DNA of 64,000 nt from assembly GCA_951406725.2 (NCBI GenBank), contig OX597817.1:7812001-7876000 (forward strand), read 5' to 3'. This document shows positions 16,067 to 30,188 of the stretch, piece by piece. The translations under genes were made by a program, and so were the position numbers. This DNA is from Octopus vulgaris (Eukaryota). The number at the start of each line of letters is the position of its first letter. The first letter of the stretch is position 1. The notes beneath the pieces are model-generated. The model was not told the DNA's origin. It ran no database searches and was given only the letters and a program-made list of their open reading frames with translations.

Positions 16067-16190
16067 TATTTTAGTACGTATGTATTCATCAATATCTTAT
16101 TTGTTTTATTCAACTTTAGAAAAATTTAAGCATTTCTTTGATTCAGGATCGTAATGAACTTATTTTGTGCTAGACTTTTGGCCCACCCTA

Positions 16191-16284
<94 letters not shown>

Positions 16285-16357
16285 TGTATATATATATATA
16301 TGTATATATATTCTTCATTTTCTTCCTGATTCTCTTCTTTTTCTTCTTCTTTCAAAG

Positions 16358-16486
16358 GAACTAATAACAACGGTTTATATCGGTTTTCTGGGCTTAATTA
16401 TCTCTTCCTTCCTGGTCTTCTTGGTTGAGAAAGATGCTGAAAACACAAAATTCAAAACCTACGCTGACGCCCTCTGGTGGGGTGTG
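16358..16486 (+). CDS. KCNQ: KCNQ/Kv7 potassium channel exon (S5 + turret + pore helix)
   Basis: Pyrimidine tract + AG acceptor and GTAAGT donor. 129 nt, phase 0-0, translating to [43 protein letters not shown], the canonical KCNQ S5/pore-helix motif. Confidence 0.97.
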
Positions 16487-17252
16487 GTAAGTATTTTCTT
16501 TATTTTATGAAGTTTTACTTCCCTTTGTACATTTTCATGATTTCTTTGTTGTGTTTATTCGTTTTTTTTTTCAGGTGTTTTCTTTTGTTTATTGTTTTGC
16601 TTTCCTACAGGAACTCATATATTTATCAGTAGAGTAGGTATACTCATTATTTATGTCATACAGTATTACGGACCAATATCAGCTGTTGTACATGAGGCGA
16701 AGATAATGAATAAGGATTCGGTGGACAGGCAGACAGACACGATGAATATGTAAGCGCGACAGATGATCTCTAAAGGACCGGATTTAAGAACCGCGAGTCT
16801 TAGTTTAACATTGAGGAGAGGTGGAATATCACAGCCCTAGAAAGACACATATGATCATCAAAGAAGCACCACGTATAACACATTAAATAGAGAGTGCTTC
16901 TTCAAAAGGTGTAGGAGGTACTGGCTCTACTGGTCAAAGAAAATGATTATACTAAAGAACGCTCTTCACCCGGACACCGACCTAAGATGTAAAAGCGAGA
17001 TTTTCCAATCCTGCCCACATGAAAACAAATTTATCCTTAAATACTGGCAGGCTGCACTATGAATATAAACGTTACCGTCTCCAGCATGCCTGGCGGCATT
17101 TTTTCAGTTTTCTACCCTCTGGTGATCAAGGTCAAAATTGCCTTTCATCTTTTCGAGTTAAAATACTATGGTCCATGTACACAACTAACCCGTCACGTGA
17201 AAAATTGTTGCCCTTGAGCCAAAATTTGAAGTTATTTTTATTACTATTATTG

Positions 17253-17326
<74 letters not shown>

Positions 17327-17359
17327 TGTGCTAGTTATTGCATCTGTGTATGCGCACAA

Positions 17360-17390
<31 letters not shown>

Positions 17391-17573
17391 TGTATGTATA
17401 TATATGTATATATATGTATGTATGTATGTGTATGTGTATATATATATATGTTTATACATATATATGTATGTATATATGTATATAAATATGTATATATATG
17501 CATACATATATGTATATGTATATATGTATAAGTATGTATATATGTATATATATATGTATGTATATATACATGC

Positions 17574-17617
<44 letters not shown>

Positions 17618-17776
17618 GTATATATATATGTATGTATATATATATACACACTTGGTTTTTGCATCTGAAGTGGAATCGAACCAGTGCGTGAATAAATAAC
17701 ATTGGCATAGGGACTCTCCCTAGACACTATATACATACATACATAATACATGCATACATACATAATACATACATAC

Positions 17777-17808
<32 letters not shown>

Positions 17809-17916
17809 ACGTATGTATATATGTATATATAAACGTTTACTCATTTATGCATTTATGCATGAATACCTTATATAACATGATGTAGTAATTCTTTAAACAT
17901 CGCTTTTCTCCTACAG

Positions 17917-18027
17917 ATTACCTTATGTACAGTGGGGTATGGTGATACAGTTCCCCAAACATGGTCAGGAAAACTAATTGCTGCTTTCTGTGCCATTCTT
18001 GGAATTTCGTTTTTTGCGCTACCCGCA
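17917..18027 (+). CDS. KCNQ: KCNQ exon (selectivity filter TVGYGD + S6 first part)
   Basis: ttttctcctacag acceptor and GTAAGT donor. 111 nt, phase 0-0: [37 protein letters not shown]. Confidence 0.98.
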
Positions 18028-18549
18028 GTAAGTAAATAATATATATATATATGTATATGTATATGTATCTTCGTTTACCTACTTAGTTAAAGAGTTTGGG
18101 GATGAGGCGTGCGATTGAACGGATGTTTTGTGGGGATATGTACGTGTAAATGTGTGTATGTGTGTGCTTTTGTGTGGATTGTTGAGTCACTCCGCTGCTG
18201 CTTCTAGTTTCTCACTGGTGTGCTAACGTGTCAGCCATGTTTTTTATGTGTACGCATTTGAGTGCACGTATGTACGTGTATGCGTGTGTTAGTGTGTACG
18301 TGTATGTGTAGTACTGGTGAGGTGTGTGTGGTGGGCTGGTGAGGTGTGTTTGGTGTAAACATATGTTTATATTTGTAAGTATATATACATATATTGGTGT
18401 GTGTATATATATACGTAGATATATATACATGTCTGTATATGTAAATGTATATATATATATGTGTATGTGTGTATGTGTAGATGTGTGTGTACATATGTTT
18501 ATATATACATACATACATATATATATATAATATATATATATACATATAT

Positions 18550-18580
<31 letters not shown>

Positions 18581-18642
18581 CTGTTTAAATATTGTACATA
18601 TGTATATATATATATATATATATATCTGTTTAAATATTGTAC

Positions 18643-18687
<45 letters not shown>

Positions 18688-18729
18688 TATCTACATGCAT
18701 ATATATATATGAGTATATGTGTATGTGTG

Positions 18730-18760
<31 letters not shown>

Positions 18761-18989
18761 ATCACTGGATGTATTTAAGTATCTGTGGGTGTGCATGTGT
18801 ATACCACTGCGTGTGTGTGCCTCTGTGTGTGTTCCTCAGAAAGTTAACTAACGTTTCTAACAACCTATTCAATCATCCGATAGAAATTTACCGAAAAACT
18901 CAGTTATAATTTCTCGTCAAAAGTGGATATGGCTTTATACTGTATAATTTGTATATATTCCCATATATGTTTGCTGCATGACCCTCATT

Positions 18990-19040
<51 letters not shown>

Positions 19041-19464
19041 GTAGTCGTCGTAATCACCATATTGTTGTTACTGTTGTTATAATTGTGTTCTTCCCTCATT
19101 ATTGTTGGAATTGAATCGTGTGTGTATGTGTGTGCTTGTATCTGTATTTGTATGTATTTCTCTATGGGTATATTTATGTGTGTGTATGCATGTGTATATC
19201 TATGTGACAGTATATATGCGTATGTGTGTAGTAGTAGTATCATATGTGTATGTGTATATATGTGTGTGTGTGAGATTATATAGGTGTATGCATGTATGTA
19301 TGCATGTATGTGTGTATGCATGTATGTGTGTATGCATGCATGTTCTTCCACCAGACAACCTACATGTGCCTCAATTTTCTTGTCTGTTTTCTTTCCTTGA
19401 TTGATTCTGTCTGTATCTATGCATCTGTGTGTTTATATGTGTTTGTGTATGTGTATGTGTATGC

Positions 19465-19495
<31 letters not shown>

Positions 19496-21924
19496 AGCGT
19501 GTGTGTCTGTATATGTGTGTCTGCATGTGATCATCCTGTGTATTTGTTTGTACGCTTGTATTTGTACGTGTTTGCGTGTGTGTTAATATTTTTGTGTATG
19601 CAAGGTATTTATAATGATTTTCGTCTCTTTAACGTATTTTTATTCGTTTAGTTGTTTATTTATTTAATTGCTACGATGCCAGTGGTTTGTTGCAATGCTA
19701 TTCTTACGTATATTATCCTATGTACTGTAATGGTGAGTCCTACCAACTTGTATAATTGAACATTTTTGTTGCTTCAGTAAATCACTATCAACGATAAGTT
19801 ACGTTTTATTTTTTATCATCTTCTTTTACCTATTTTCAATTTTCAATTCTATATATTTCTAATTCTTAGATATTATATTTAGAAAGTTTCTCTACTGCTT
19901 CTTTCAAAGATATTTTCATCTGCTGGTGATTGAAATTTCTATAAGAAATATATTCTTATGTATTCGCTAGCTTCGACAAAGATTTCCGGGCGATTTGCCT
20001 TTATCCTTCTTTCAATACATACAGGCATATCAGATATTGGAAATTTTCAGTCACATTCCGTGCTGTGTGCGTTGATCATTCACAATTTATTCCAATTCGT
20101 TAATATAAGTAAATGTTGCAGTATATAGAACTATTTAATATGTTGTGTTTGCAGGTTTATTCCGGTTTTCTGTTTTTTGTTGGGATTTTTTTTCCTAAAA
20201 CTTATACAATTTAGCTCTGATTGTCTTTTGACAATCTGCATTATTGATTCTTTGAATAGTTCTTAAAATGCAGACTCTTGTCTTGTATTGGCTACTTAGC
20301 GTACTTTCACTTTCGCTATTAGTTTGAAAGTCCAAAATTGTGTGTTAGAATTTGTTTGTCTGCGTCCGCTTTTTAAGAATTATTTGGGTATTGTTGTTGA
20401 TTAACCTCAGGAATCCGTTTATCATGGAAAACCATTCCAGCCTTGGCCATCATGTATTTTTGCATATTTAGAAAACAATTTTTCAATGCGCCCTTCTTAT
20501 TCTAAGGCGATAATGTGATTTGAGATAAATTTACTGTTGTGTCTAGCAGGCTGGGTGAAACCATTGTGGCTTGGTTACTGACGCATTTTATGCTCAGACA
20601 CTGCAAGAAGCTTGCTGCTAACCAATCAGCTGACTTGTGTTTCGGGATTCCTTTTTCTTTATTTCTCATTTTTCTCCATCTTCGTTTATGGTAGGCTCTT
20701 TTGAATAAAATAGCCGATGATTGTCTTTATCTGATGAAGCCGCCCCCCTAATAATTCAGTTAGTTGTTGGTCATTTTGATAACCTGAGCAAAACTGCACA
20801 ACTGTTGCTGACTGGTTGCTTTCTCGCTCCTCTTGAAGACATATGTACAATATCTAAAACTTCCAAAAATCGGTCAGTCGCAAAACAGAGTGATCTCACA
20901 TCTGGCATTTGCAATCAGTTCATTTTAACTGAGAATAAATGCAGTATAATCGAAGAGGATGGAAGTTTCGCTTCGCAATCACAAGGTCCCTAATTTGATC
21001 CCACAATATAGCATTATGTACAAGAGACTTTTATTATAGTCTTGGATTGGCCCAATTCTCGTGAGTGGAAATGGATAGACAGAAATTGTTTGAAAACCCG
21101 TTAGATTGTTTGTATGGGTAAGTAAAAGTTCTAAATTTATCACATGCTATGCTATACTGAATCTACTTAGGAGTCGTTAAGAAAACTCGTGCTTGTGGAA
21201 AAGTCCGCTACACGAAGAATATACCTTCTCGTAAATTTACTCTGCATTTACAAAGAGCAGCTGTAATGCACTAGAACGCATATCGAAAAACGAAAGCCAG
21301 ATAGAAAAATATTGATAAACGATACAAACGTATATAGAATTCTCCACAAATTTAAACGATTAATTATGAGCGCAATGTGCATATCACAACAAAGTGCGGA
21401 AATAAACTCAGACAAATGTAATCGAGTCATAAATGTGTAATAACGGCCACCATGTGGGTTATGACATGAAAATCTGCTGTCAAAATTCTGGCAGTAAAGT
21501 CTGCATAAATACATCGTTAACTATACAGGTAGGCCCCGTATAGAACTAACAACCTTTTATGTCTTGGTGGTCAGGTGTAGAAGCCAAAGAAGTATATATG
21601 TGCATGTGTGTATGTGTGTGCGTGTGTATGTATGTACATATGTATGCATGATGTATGAGTGAATATATATGTGTATGTATGTATATTATATACATGTATG
21701 TTTGTATGTCATTATTTAGTTTTATTTCAATATTTCATGCCTACAGAGAAAGAGCTGGTTTCTAACCTGGATCCAAGACTCATTCATTGGCATTTCAACA
21801 TCAACAGGGTTTATTTTTGTTTGTTTGTTTGTTTGTATGTATGTATGTATGTATGTATGTATTTATGTATTTATTTATTAATATTATTATTATTATTATT
21901 ATTATTTGTATATATTGTGAGAAT

Positions 21925-22312
21925 GTAGGAAGCACTCCGTCGGTTACGACGATGAGGGTTCCGGTTGATCCGAATCAACGGAACAGCCTGCTCGTGAAAT
22001 TAACGTGTAAGTGGCTGAGCACTCCACAGACACGTGCGCCCTTAACGTAGTTCTCGGGGATATTCAGCGTGACACAGAGAGTGACAAGGCCGGCCCCTTG
22101 AAATACAGGTACAACAGAAACAGGAAGTAAGAGTGAGAGAAAGTTGTGGTGAAAGAGTACAGCAGGGATCACCACCATCCCCTGCCGGAGCCTCGTGGAG
22201 CTTTTTGGTGTTTTCGCTCAATAAACACTCACAACGCCCGGTCTGGGAATCGAAACCGCGATCCTAGGACCGCGAGTCCGCTGCCCTAACCACTGGACCA
22301 TTGCGCCTCCAC
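21925..22312 (-). mobile_element. tRNA(Arg)-like-headed SINE, apparently full length
   Basis: Minus-strand head gtggaggcgcaatggtccagtggttagggcagcggactcgcggtcc...gtttcgattcc with A/B boxes, followed by ~300 bp of non-tRNA body. Confidence 0.8.
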
Positions 22313-23097
22313 TGTGCGAATGTACGGATATGAAGGATTGAAGGTTGATGATTGTTAGATGTTTCATGTCGGTGTTGGGTGAACTCCTTGACATATCTCC
22401 TTTAACTAAGAATAAATCTACCAAGGTTTCGGTTACAACTAGTACAGCTATGTCTATTGATTTCTCAGATGACATGGTGTCATTCTTAAACTACAAAATA
22501 TTTTAGATAAGTCAATTTAAATCGTATATTTATATGATCTCTTTGTGTCTTATTCGCCCGTTTTGAGCCACACCTTCTAAATCTCCTATTTATTCGAATG
22601 TTAAAACTTAGGCTCAGCTAGCCCAGCTAATGTTGGCTATGTCTGGGTCGATGCTTAAAATTTTATCTATTAAAAATTTTATTTGATGATGGTGGATAAT
22701 ATATTATGATGTTATCTTTTATGACTGCATTAAATGATCTTCTACAGAAACAACTGTCGTAAATTTTAAACATAATTTGTCTTTACTTTTTATATGTATG
22801 CAACACAAAAGACCTAGCCCTGATTCGGATCTATAGTTTTAAATTGGACCTGGTACTTGTATATCTACGGTAGCCAACCGACACTTGATATATTCAATGT
22901 TTTTTGTTTTTTTATTTTTTTTACTGTGAGCTCTACATTATCATAGCTAACCATTTCTGGCGTTCTATGGGTTGATGTCCCTTGATTCTTAAGAATACTC
23001 ATAAAGTTATATATGTATGTGTGTATGTATATGAGTGTGTGTATAAACATACATGAATAACATTTAAAATGTAAACTTTTATATATATAGAAATATA

Positions 23098-23653
23098 CAT
23101 TGGGTTGTCCGGAAAGTTCGTGCCGATTTATAGTAGCTTAGCTTTCGACTTATTTTATAACACGGTTGAGTCCAGAAAATAGGATTTGACTACATCTCCA
23201 TTTAGAGCATAGTTTAAGCTATCTTTACGTGGAAGAAGGTTTATGTTAATTCTGTAACTCTTTAAAATGGAAGATAAGAACATTCATTTTTGGCACGTGG
23301 TGCTTTGGGAACCAGACAAAAATTGCTGCAGCTCGGCTGAGATGTGTTATTCCCATCCTCCATATTCACCAGATATTGCTCCTTCGGATTTCCACTTATT
23401 CAGGTCTCTGCAGAATAGTGTTAATGGTAAAAATTTCAATTCCTTGGATGACGTAAAAAGATACCTTGATGAATTCTTTGCCATGAAACCACCTCATTTC
23501 TGGGAAGAGGGTATTTTCAAGTTAAAGGAAAGATGGAGACGCATTGTGCAACAAAATGGTTCATTTTTGGTTGATTAAAGATGTAATGGCAAGTATTTAT
23601 TGACCTTTTTCTTTCCTTCAAAAATCGGCACGAACTTTCCGAACAACCCAATA
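23098..23653 (+). mobile_element. Internally deleted mariner transposon
   Basis: ~30-bp TIRs (ttgggttgtccggaaagttcgtgccgattt / aaatcggcacgaactttccgaacaacccaa) and TA flanks. The remnant ORF contains HPPYSPDIAPSDFHLFRSLQN...GIFKLKERW. Confidence 0.92.
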
Positions 23654-23725
23654 TAACTTCAGCAATGTAACTACACGTGTGCCAGTGGCAATTTCTTCTC
23701 CATCTTTGGAATTTTTCCTTTCTCC

Positions 23726-23758
23726 TTTCCGACGAAGAGCTATGCTCGAAACGTCAAA
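23726..23758 (+). ncRNA. Minimal hammerhead-like motif (variant core CCGACGA)
   Basis: uuu-CCGACGA-a-gagc-uau-gcuc-GAAAC-GUC-aaa. Confidence 0.6.
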
Positions 23759-24175
23759 CTCACTCTACCCACCGAGCGTCAAGCTAATACATTCGTTATG
23801 CACATCCTCACGTTCGTTTTCTCGTTTCTTTTTCTATTAATTGTTTATTTGTATAAAATATATAAATACATGTACAGAGAGAGGAGAGAGAGGCAGATGG
23901 GAGAATGGAGAGAGAGAGAGGGAGAAGGGAGAGAGAGAGGGAGATTCACTAAAAGAGCCCAAGATATATCTCAATTAGAAGCCATTTTAATTATCTTCAC
24001 TCTAACTACGAACAAATAATGATATAGATGTAGTCTGTGCCCATAGAATTTAAAGCGAAGTGGATATATATATAAAGTTAATCCAAACAAGAAAACACCA
24101 AAAAAAAAACACAGCAACGCGAGGACGTGGAACAAATAAAGTATTATTGGACGCTCAGGAAAGAAGGAAAGGAGG

Positions 24176-24210
24176 GTTTAACGTTTCGAGCGGAGCTCTT
24201 CGTCGGAAAC
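24176..24210 (-). ncRNA. Minimal hammerhead-like motif (variant core CCGACGA)
   Basis: Minus strand: guuu-CCGACGA-a-gagc-ucc-gcuc-GAAAC-GUU-aaac. Confidence 0.6.
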
Positions 24211-24580
24211 AAAGGAGAAGGAAAGATCCAGAGAAGGGAAGACAGAGGAAAAAAAAAATATATATATATATATATATGGGTTTAGTTTACAGGTGAACTA
24301 AACCTCTAGGTACGCTTGGTAAGTGTTGTAACGGATTAATAGGGCTCCAAGGTTATAGTCGAGGCGGTAGTTATGGGGCCATTGCAGATTTCCGATATAG
24401 CGGATATATAATTGTTAAAGAGGACAACAAACTTTAAGGCAAGGCAAACATCTCAAGTCATAATACATTATTATTATTATTATTGGAGAAGACATTTTTG
24501 CAATATATATGACTTGAGATGTTGGCCATGCCTTAACGTTTGTTGTCATATTTAACAATCATGCACACACACACACACAT

Positions 24581-24750
24581 AGGCGCAGGAGTGGCTGTGT
24601 GGTAAGTAGCTTGCTTACCAGCCACATGGTTCTGGGTTCAGTCCCACTGCGTGGCACCTTGGGCAAGTGTCTTCTACTATAGCCTCGGGCCGACCAATGC
24701 CTTGTGAGTGGATTTGGTAGACGGAAACTGAAAGAATCCCGTCGTATATA
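24581..24750 (+). mobile_element. tRNA-derived SINE 5' half
   Basis: Matches the head of 43825-44228. Confidence 0.85.
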
Positions 24751-24756
24751 TGTGTG

Positions 24757-24828
<72 letters not shown>

Positions 24829-25153
24829 TGTGTGTTTGTGTGTGTGTATGTGTGTATGTGTGAAAGAGAGAGAGAGAGTGTGTGTGTATGTGGGGTATGT
24901 TATGTTTCAAGGGGCTTCGAGGATGCGATAGCACGGGGGTAAAGATGATTATACTACAAATCAGTTGGTACGCATTTTCCCCTCAAGAAACTGAAGCACA
25001 GTGAAATGAAAAAGCCTAGGCATGATACGCGAGAAGGGGCCGCGTGGTTCGGGGATTGAACGCACGACCTTATGATCGTGACCCCAAAAACCTTACCGCA
25101 AGAACACGTGTCTTCACACAGCACCAAACATACACACACACACACGCACGCAT

Positions 25154-25198
<45 letters not shown>

Positions 25199-25295
25199 CA
25201 TCACAATCAAGGAACGGCCATAATAGGCCATTCACCCACTAGGCCGCTGGTGGCAAAAAAATTCTACAAAATTTTTTTTTGCCACCCTATATTGA

Positions 25296-25367
<72 letters not shown>

Positions 25368-25615
25368 TATATAGACATATAAATATATATATATATATAC
25401 ACGCACGTATATATAATTATGTATTACAATGTGATTATTTTCTTGAGTTTTACAGAAGTTCTTTTGTTTCAGTTCATAAGATTTCCGTTAGAAACTGAGA
25501 AAGTCTGAGATTTGGAACAGAAGAACTTCTGTAGTAATCAGGAAAGTAACAAAATATACAGTCTATGCGTGTATGTGCATAACTGTGTGTAAGCGTATGT
25601 GCCTGTGTGTGTGTG

Positions 25616-25671
<56 letters not shown>

Positions 25672-25672
<1 letters not shown>

Positions 25673-25870
25673 TTTTAATTATTTCAGTCATTTGACTGTG
25701 GCCATGCTGGAGCACCGCCTTTAGTTGAGCAAATCGAGCCCAGGACTTATTCTTTGTAAGCCTAGCACTTATTCTATCGGTCGCTATTGCCGAACCGCTA
25801 AGTGACGGGGACGTAAACACACCAGCATCGGTTGTCAAGCAATGCTAGGGGGACAAACACAAACACAGAA
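25672..25870 (-). mobile_element. SINE 3' half
   Basis: Reverse complement of the 44030-44225 body/tail. Confidence 0.85.
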
Positions 25871-25911
25871 ACACATACACGCACACACATACATATATAT
25901 ACATATATATA

Positions 25912-25994
<83 letters not shown>

Positions 25995-26179
25995 TTCTAT
26001 TTTCTATTTATTTCTATTTATCTAGTTTCAGTTCACAAGCTGTGGCCATGCTGGGGCACCACCATTTGGTGTTGCTACATGATTTTGCTTCACGAATGCT
26101 TTTTAGCAATTACCATTTGGTGCATGAGATGCAGCTGCCCTCATCTGCACCTCCTGCCGTGAAGTTGGTTCATCTGGGA

Positions 26180-26224
<45 letters not shown>

Positions 26225-26226
<2 letters not shown>

Positions 26227-26655
26227 CAATAATAATTCTCTAAATGAGATATAGACAGTAACTGCTCCATAACATAAGGGACTAAAGCCATCTGAATATG
26301 GCTAGGGACAGGGCAGGGTGGTGGGGTGTTACTGTTGCATTTAGCCCCAGGCGAACATCAACGTCGCCAGATAGGCTTGACACCATCACGGCGTCCTTTA
26401 TCCTGCAAAGGGAGATAATTCCCCGATGAAGCGGAAACCACACACAGACCTAGGTTTCAAGGTGTATTGCCTATCATCAACGTGTGGTAGGCCCCCGCTT
26501 CCTCGACGAACAACTCACTCTGCAGGATATTTATATATAGATTTTCAAGCAAAATACATTTGCTGATTTCGAAAATCTGTTCGACAGCAATAATAATTCT
26601 CTAAATGAGATATAGACAGTAACTGCTCCATAACATAAGGGACTAAAGCCATCTG
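26225..26655 (-). mobile_element. Retrozyme/Penelope pLTR-like unit: 70-bp identical direct repeats, 361-bp period
   Basis: 26225-26294 equals 26586-26655. The unit is TA-flanked and encloses one hammerhead motif. Confidence 0.65.
26441..26486 (-). ncRNA. Type I hammerhead ribozyme motif (core UUGAUGA)
   Basis: Minus strand: cacacg-UUGAUGA-u-agg..ccu-u-GAAAC-CUAG-GUC-ugugug. Confidence 0.7.
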
Positions 26656-26987
26656 TCATTTATATATAAAATATACAGACCTGCATATATATTTATACAT
26701 GCATATATTAATACGTATATATATATATATATATATTAAGCATACATTCGGTCTTACATATACGAATACCGGCAGACGATAGGCGTTCGCTCGGTTACGT
26801 CAGCCAAACTTCACGCACACGTCATTCATCTGTCCGAAGTTGTAGGAAGTATTTCATTCCAGTACAATCTAACTTCACCTCACATGGTTACAAAGCCAAT
26901 TTGTTAACCACATAGTCATGCTTGCAGGTGTATAACACGTTCAAATACAAACAGACAGGCAGACTGGTTGATTGATTGAATGATAGG

Positions 26988-27062
<75 letters not shown>

Positions 27063-27308
27063 AACAACACACAGGTAGACTGATAGATTGATAGAGAGTG
27101 TATATGTGCGTGTATAAAATATGTCTATTGTCTTTATATATCTATATATTATATGATTGCATATATATGTGTGTGGAATTCTATATATATGTATATATTT
27201 GTAAGTACATATATGCATATACATAACACACACACACACAATTACACCCACACGCAGATATCCCAATACATATATATATATACATATATGTACGTATGTG
27301 TGTATATA

Positions 27309-27386
<78 letters not shown>

Positions 27387-27421
27387 TGTGTGTGTGTGTA
27401 TATATGCATATATATGTATGC

Positions 27422-27473
<52 letters not shown>

Positions 27474-28024
27474 ATATATGTATTATGTGTGTATATATAT
27501 ATTGCATCGATGCAAGTATGTGTGTTATGCATATATGCGTATGTATTTAGAAACACATATATCATTTATCTATTTGTACTTATACACATACACACGCGCG
27601 CGAGCGCAAACACACACACACACACACATATATATTTATATATATATATAACGAATACATTTATGAGCCATGTGTGTGTGTGAGTCAGTGAGTGTGCATG
27701 CTTCCATGCGTGCTAGTGCGTGTGCAGCCGGAGCTAGATTAAGTCTCTGCATTAGTATGCAGACAGTGTTTTAATTGGAGTTTGTCTGAGACATCGTCCA
27801 GCGAGATTTTCATTGCTGTAATATGTAAGGTGGAGTAAAATCTTCATTAGTGCCGCTTTCTGCACACCGATGAAAGGACATGTGTACGCGGGGAGAGACA
27901 AGAGAGGCGAAAACCGGTGGCGAAGGGCGGGGTATGGACAAAATGGATCGATGTAGCAGTCGTAGTTATCAATGCAGTTGTGTTGCTCCTCTATACATAC
28001 GTATGTATATATCTTTTACTCTTT

Positions 28025-28074
<50 letters not shown>

Positions 28075-28103
28075 ATTTATTATATATATACATTTTATAT
28101 ATA

Positions 28104-28188
<85 letters not shown>

Positions 28189-29030
28189 ATAATATATATA
28201 TATATATAATATATATTATATATATATATATATACGTGTGTATATGTGTATATATATGGATGTACCTTTTTATCTAAATTTATAAATGTTTACGGATGTA
28301 TATTTGTATGTATCTATGTATTTATGCATAGAGCTTATATATATACATATTTATATGTATGTAGTGTGTGCGAGTATTTGAAATCTGCATATACGTAAAT
28401 ATATGCTATTGGATGTTTGTACGCTTATATATAACTATGAATATATGTATCTATACATACGTGTGCGCGCATATATATATATATATATATACATATATAC
28501 ATATGTACATATATATACATACGTACATACATACACATATACACGTGTGTGTATATATGAATCTTTGTCTTGTGTGCGCATGTGTGTATGTCTGTGCACA
28601 CACATGATGACGTATTTATTTATTAGTTATGTTGTGGCAGACATATTTCTCACGATTCCCCGTCCCCACATCCGGGCTATATGTTCGTTGCGTTCATGAC
28701 TGAATCGGCGCCAATGGCGTCTCCCGCGAACAACACAGCATTTTCATATCTTTCATTAACTCGTTTCGCCCTTACTTACAATTCACCGTCTCTATTTCTG
28801 TCACTGCATTTAACTTCATCAACATCTATGTCACCATCAATCACCCATCCCTTAAACCTTATCATTTCTAACTGCTAGAAACCTATCGGCTCTCAGTCCC
28901 GCCTCGATTTCACCAAGTCCCACCCACCATAGCAAATATCATCCATCGACTCAGTTACTCTGCTTCCATCGTCTCTGTAACAGCGGCCGTGATTTCAATC
29001 TGAATATAATAGTTCTGTATTTCACTCTCT

Positions 29031-29270
29031 GTGGAGACGCATGGCTTAACAGTTAGGGTGTCATCAACTTGATCGTAAGATTGTGGCTTCGATTCCTGGA
29101 CCGGGTGACGCGTTGTGTTCTTGAGCAAAACACTTCATTTCACGTTGCTCCAGTCCACTCAGCCGGCAAAAAGGAGTAACGCTTCGATGGACTGGCTGGG
29201 GAACACATAGACCATAGAAACCGGGAAACCGGGCCCATAAGCCTGGCTAGGCTTTAAAAAGGGCGCATTT
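29031..29270 (+). mobile_element. tRNA-derived SINE
   Basis: tRNA-like head ...ggcttcgattcctggaccgg plus body aaacacttcatttcacgttgctccag. Related copies at 38875-39222 (-) and ~45415-45520. Confidence 0.75.
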
Positions 29271-30188
29271 ATTATTTTTTTTTCACTCTCTACAGACTCC
29301 CCATCACCCTAGTCCAGGTCGCCTTCTCACACCCATTACGTAGACTGCACTTCTTCCTTCTCTTCCACGTCCTCTACACCTCCAGACATCTTCCTTCCTT
29401 CTTCACGTACTCCTCGTCCATCCTACCCAGCCACTACACTATCCGAAGCACATTCTGAATCCTCCAGTCCAATCTCACAGCTATCCATATTTTCCTCAAG
29501 CCACAACCAACCTTACTTTAAATGCAGCTATAATCTAAGCGATATTCTTGAGTGTAGAACCTTTCAATCGCCCGACGCAATCCTGGATCACCCTCTTCCT
29601 CCGGCTTCCGCTGCATCACCTGTCTTTTCGTCTCCAGCATCGCGATTTCACCAGACCGATAATCCCGCTTTCCATACGACAGTCTCCTTCCCCTGCGCCC
29701 CAACAAGCCTCATTTACTCTTTAAAATGCTTCCTCTACAACTTCTTGTATTTTCCAGACAAAACAGAGGGGTTCTGTGGCATACTAGGAGCCCACTGTAA
29801 TTCATTCTACGAAAAAAATAAATTCCAAAAGATCTGGGGAAGTGCTTGCTCCCACCCCTTCCCTCCCTTTTTTCCGAACCACCAAAATAAGGAATTTGCG
29901 GGTAAGTAGGAGGTCAAAGGAGTTGATTCCATGCGAAAAATAGGGGGGGGGAGAGGTGTTGAAAAACATGGGGATGTTCTTGTAAAAATTTACCAGACTC
30001 ATAAACCTTCTCACAACTTAAACCGTCGAAAGGTCGGTTGCATTTGCTAGTATATATATATATATATAATTATTATTATTATTAAAATTTAGGGTACTTA
30101 AGATACACCACCACCATATCAAATGTTCATACAGCACCAGGAGAGGAGAAAAAGAGACAAAATAAACTAGCAAAAAAATTAGTGGATA

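Noticed and set aside
1-16357. Search for upstream KCNQ exons (S1-S4, DRRGGTWKLLGS) and, after 47695, helix B/C exons (PYDVKDVIEQYS)
   Set aside because: Not found by eye; they are presumably outside the window, though short exons could have been missed.
22235-22312. tRNA-Arg-like sequence
   Set aside because: There is no proper acceptor stem and it runs directly into a SINE body, so it is a SINE head rather than a tRNA gene.
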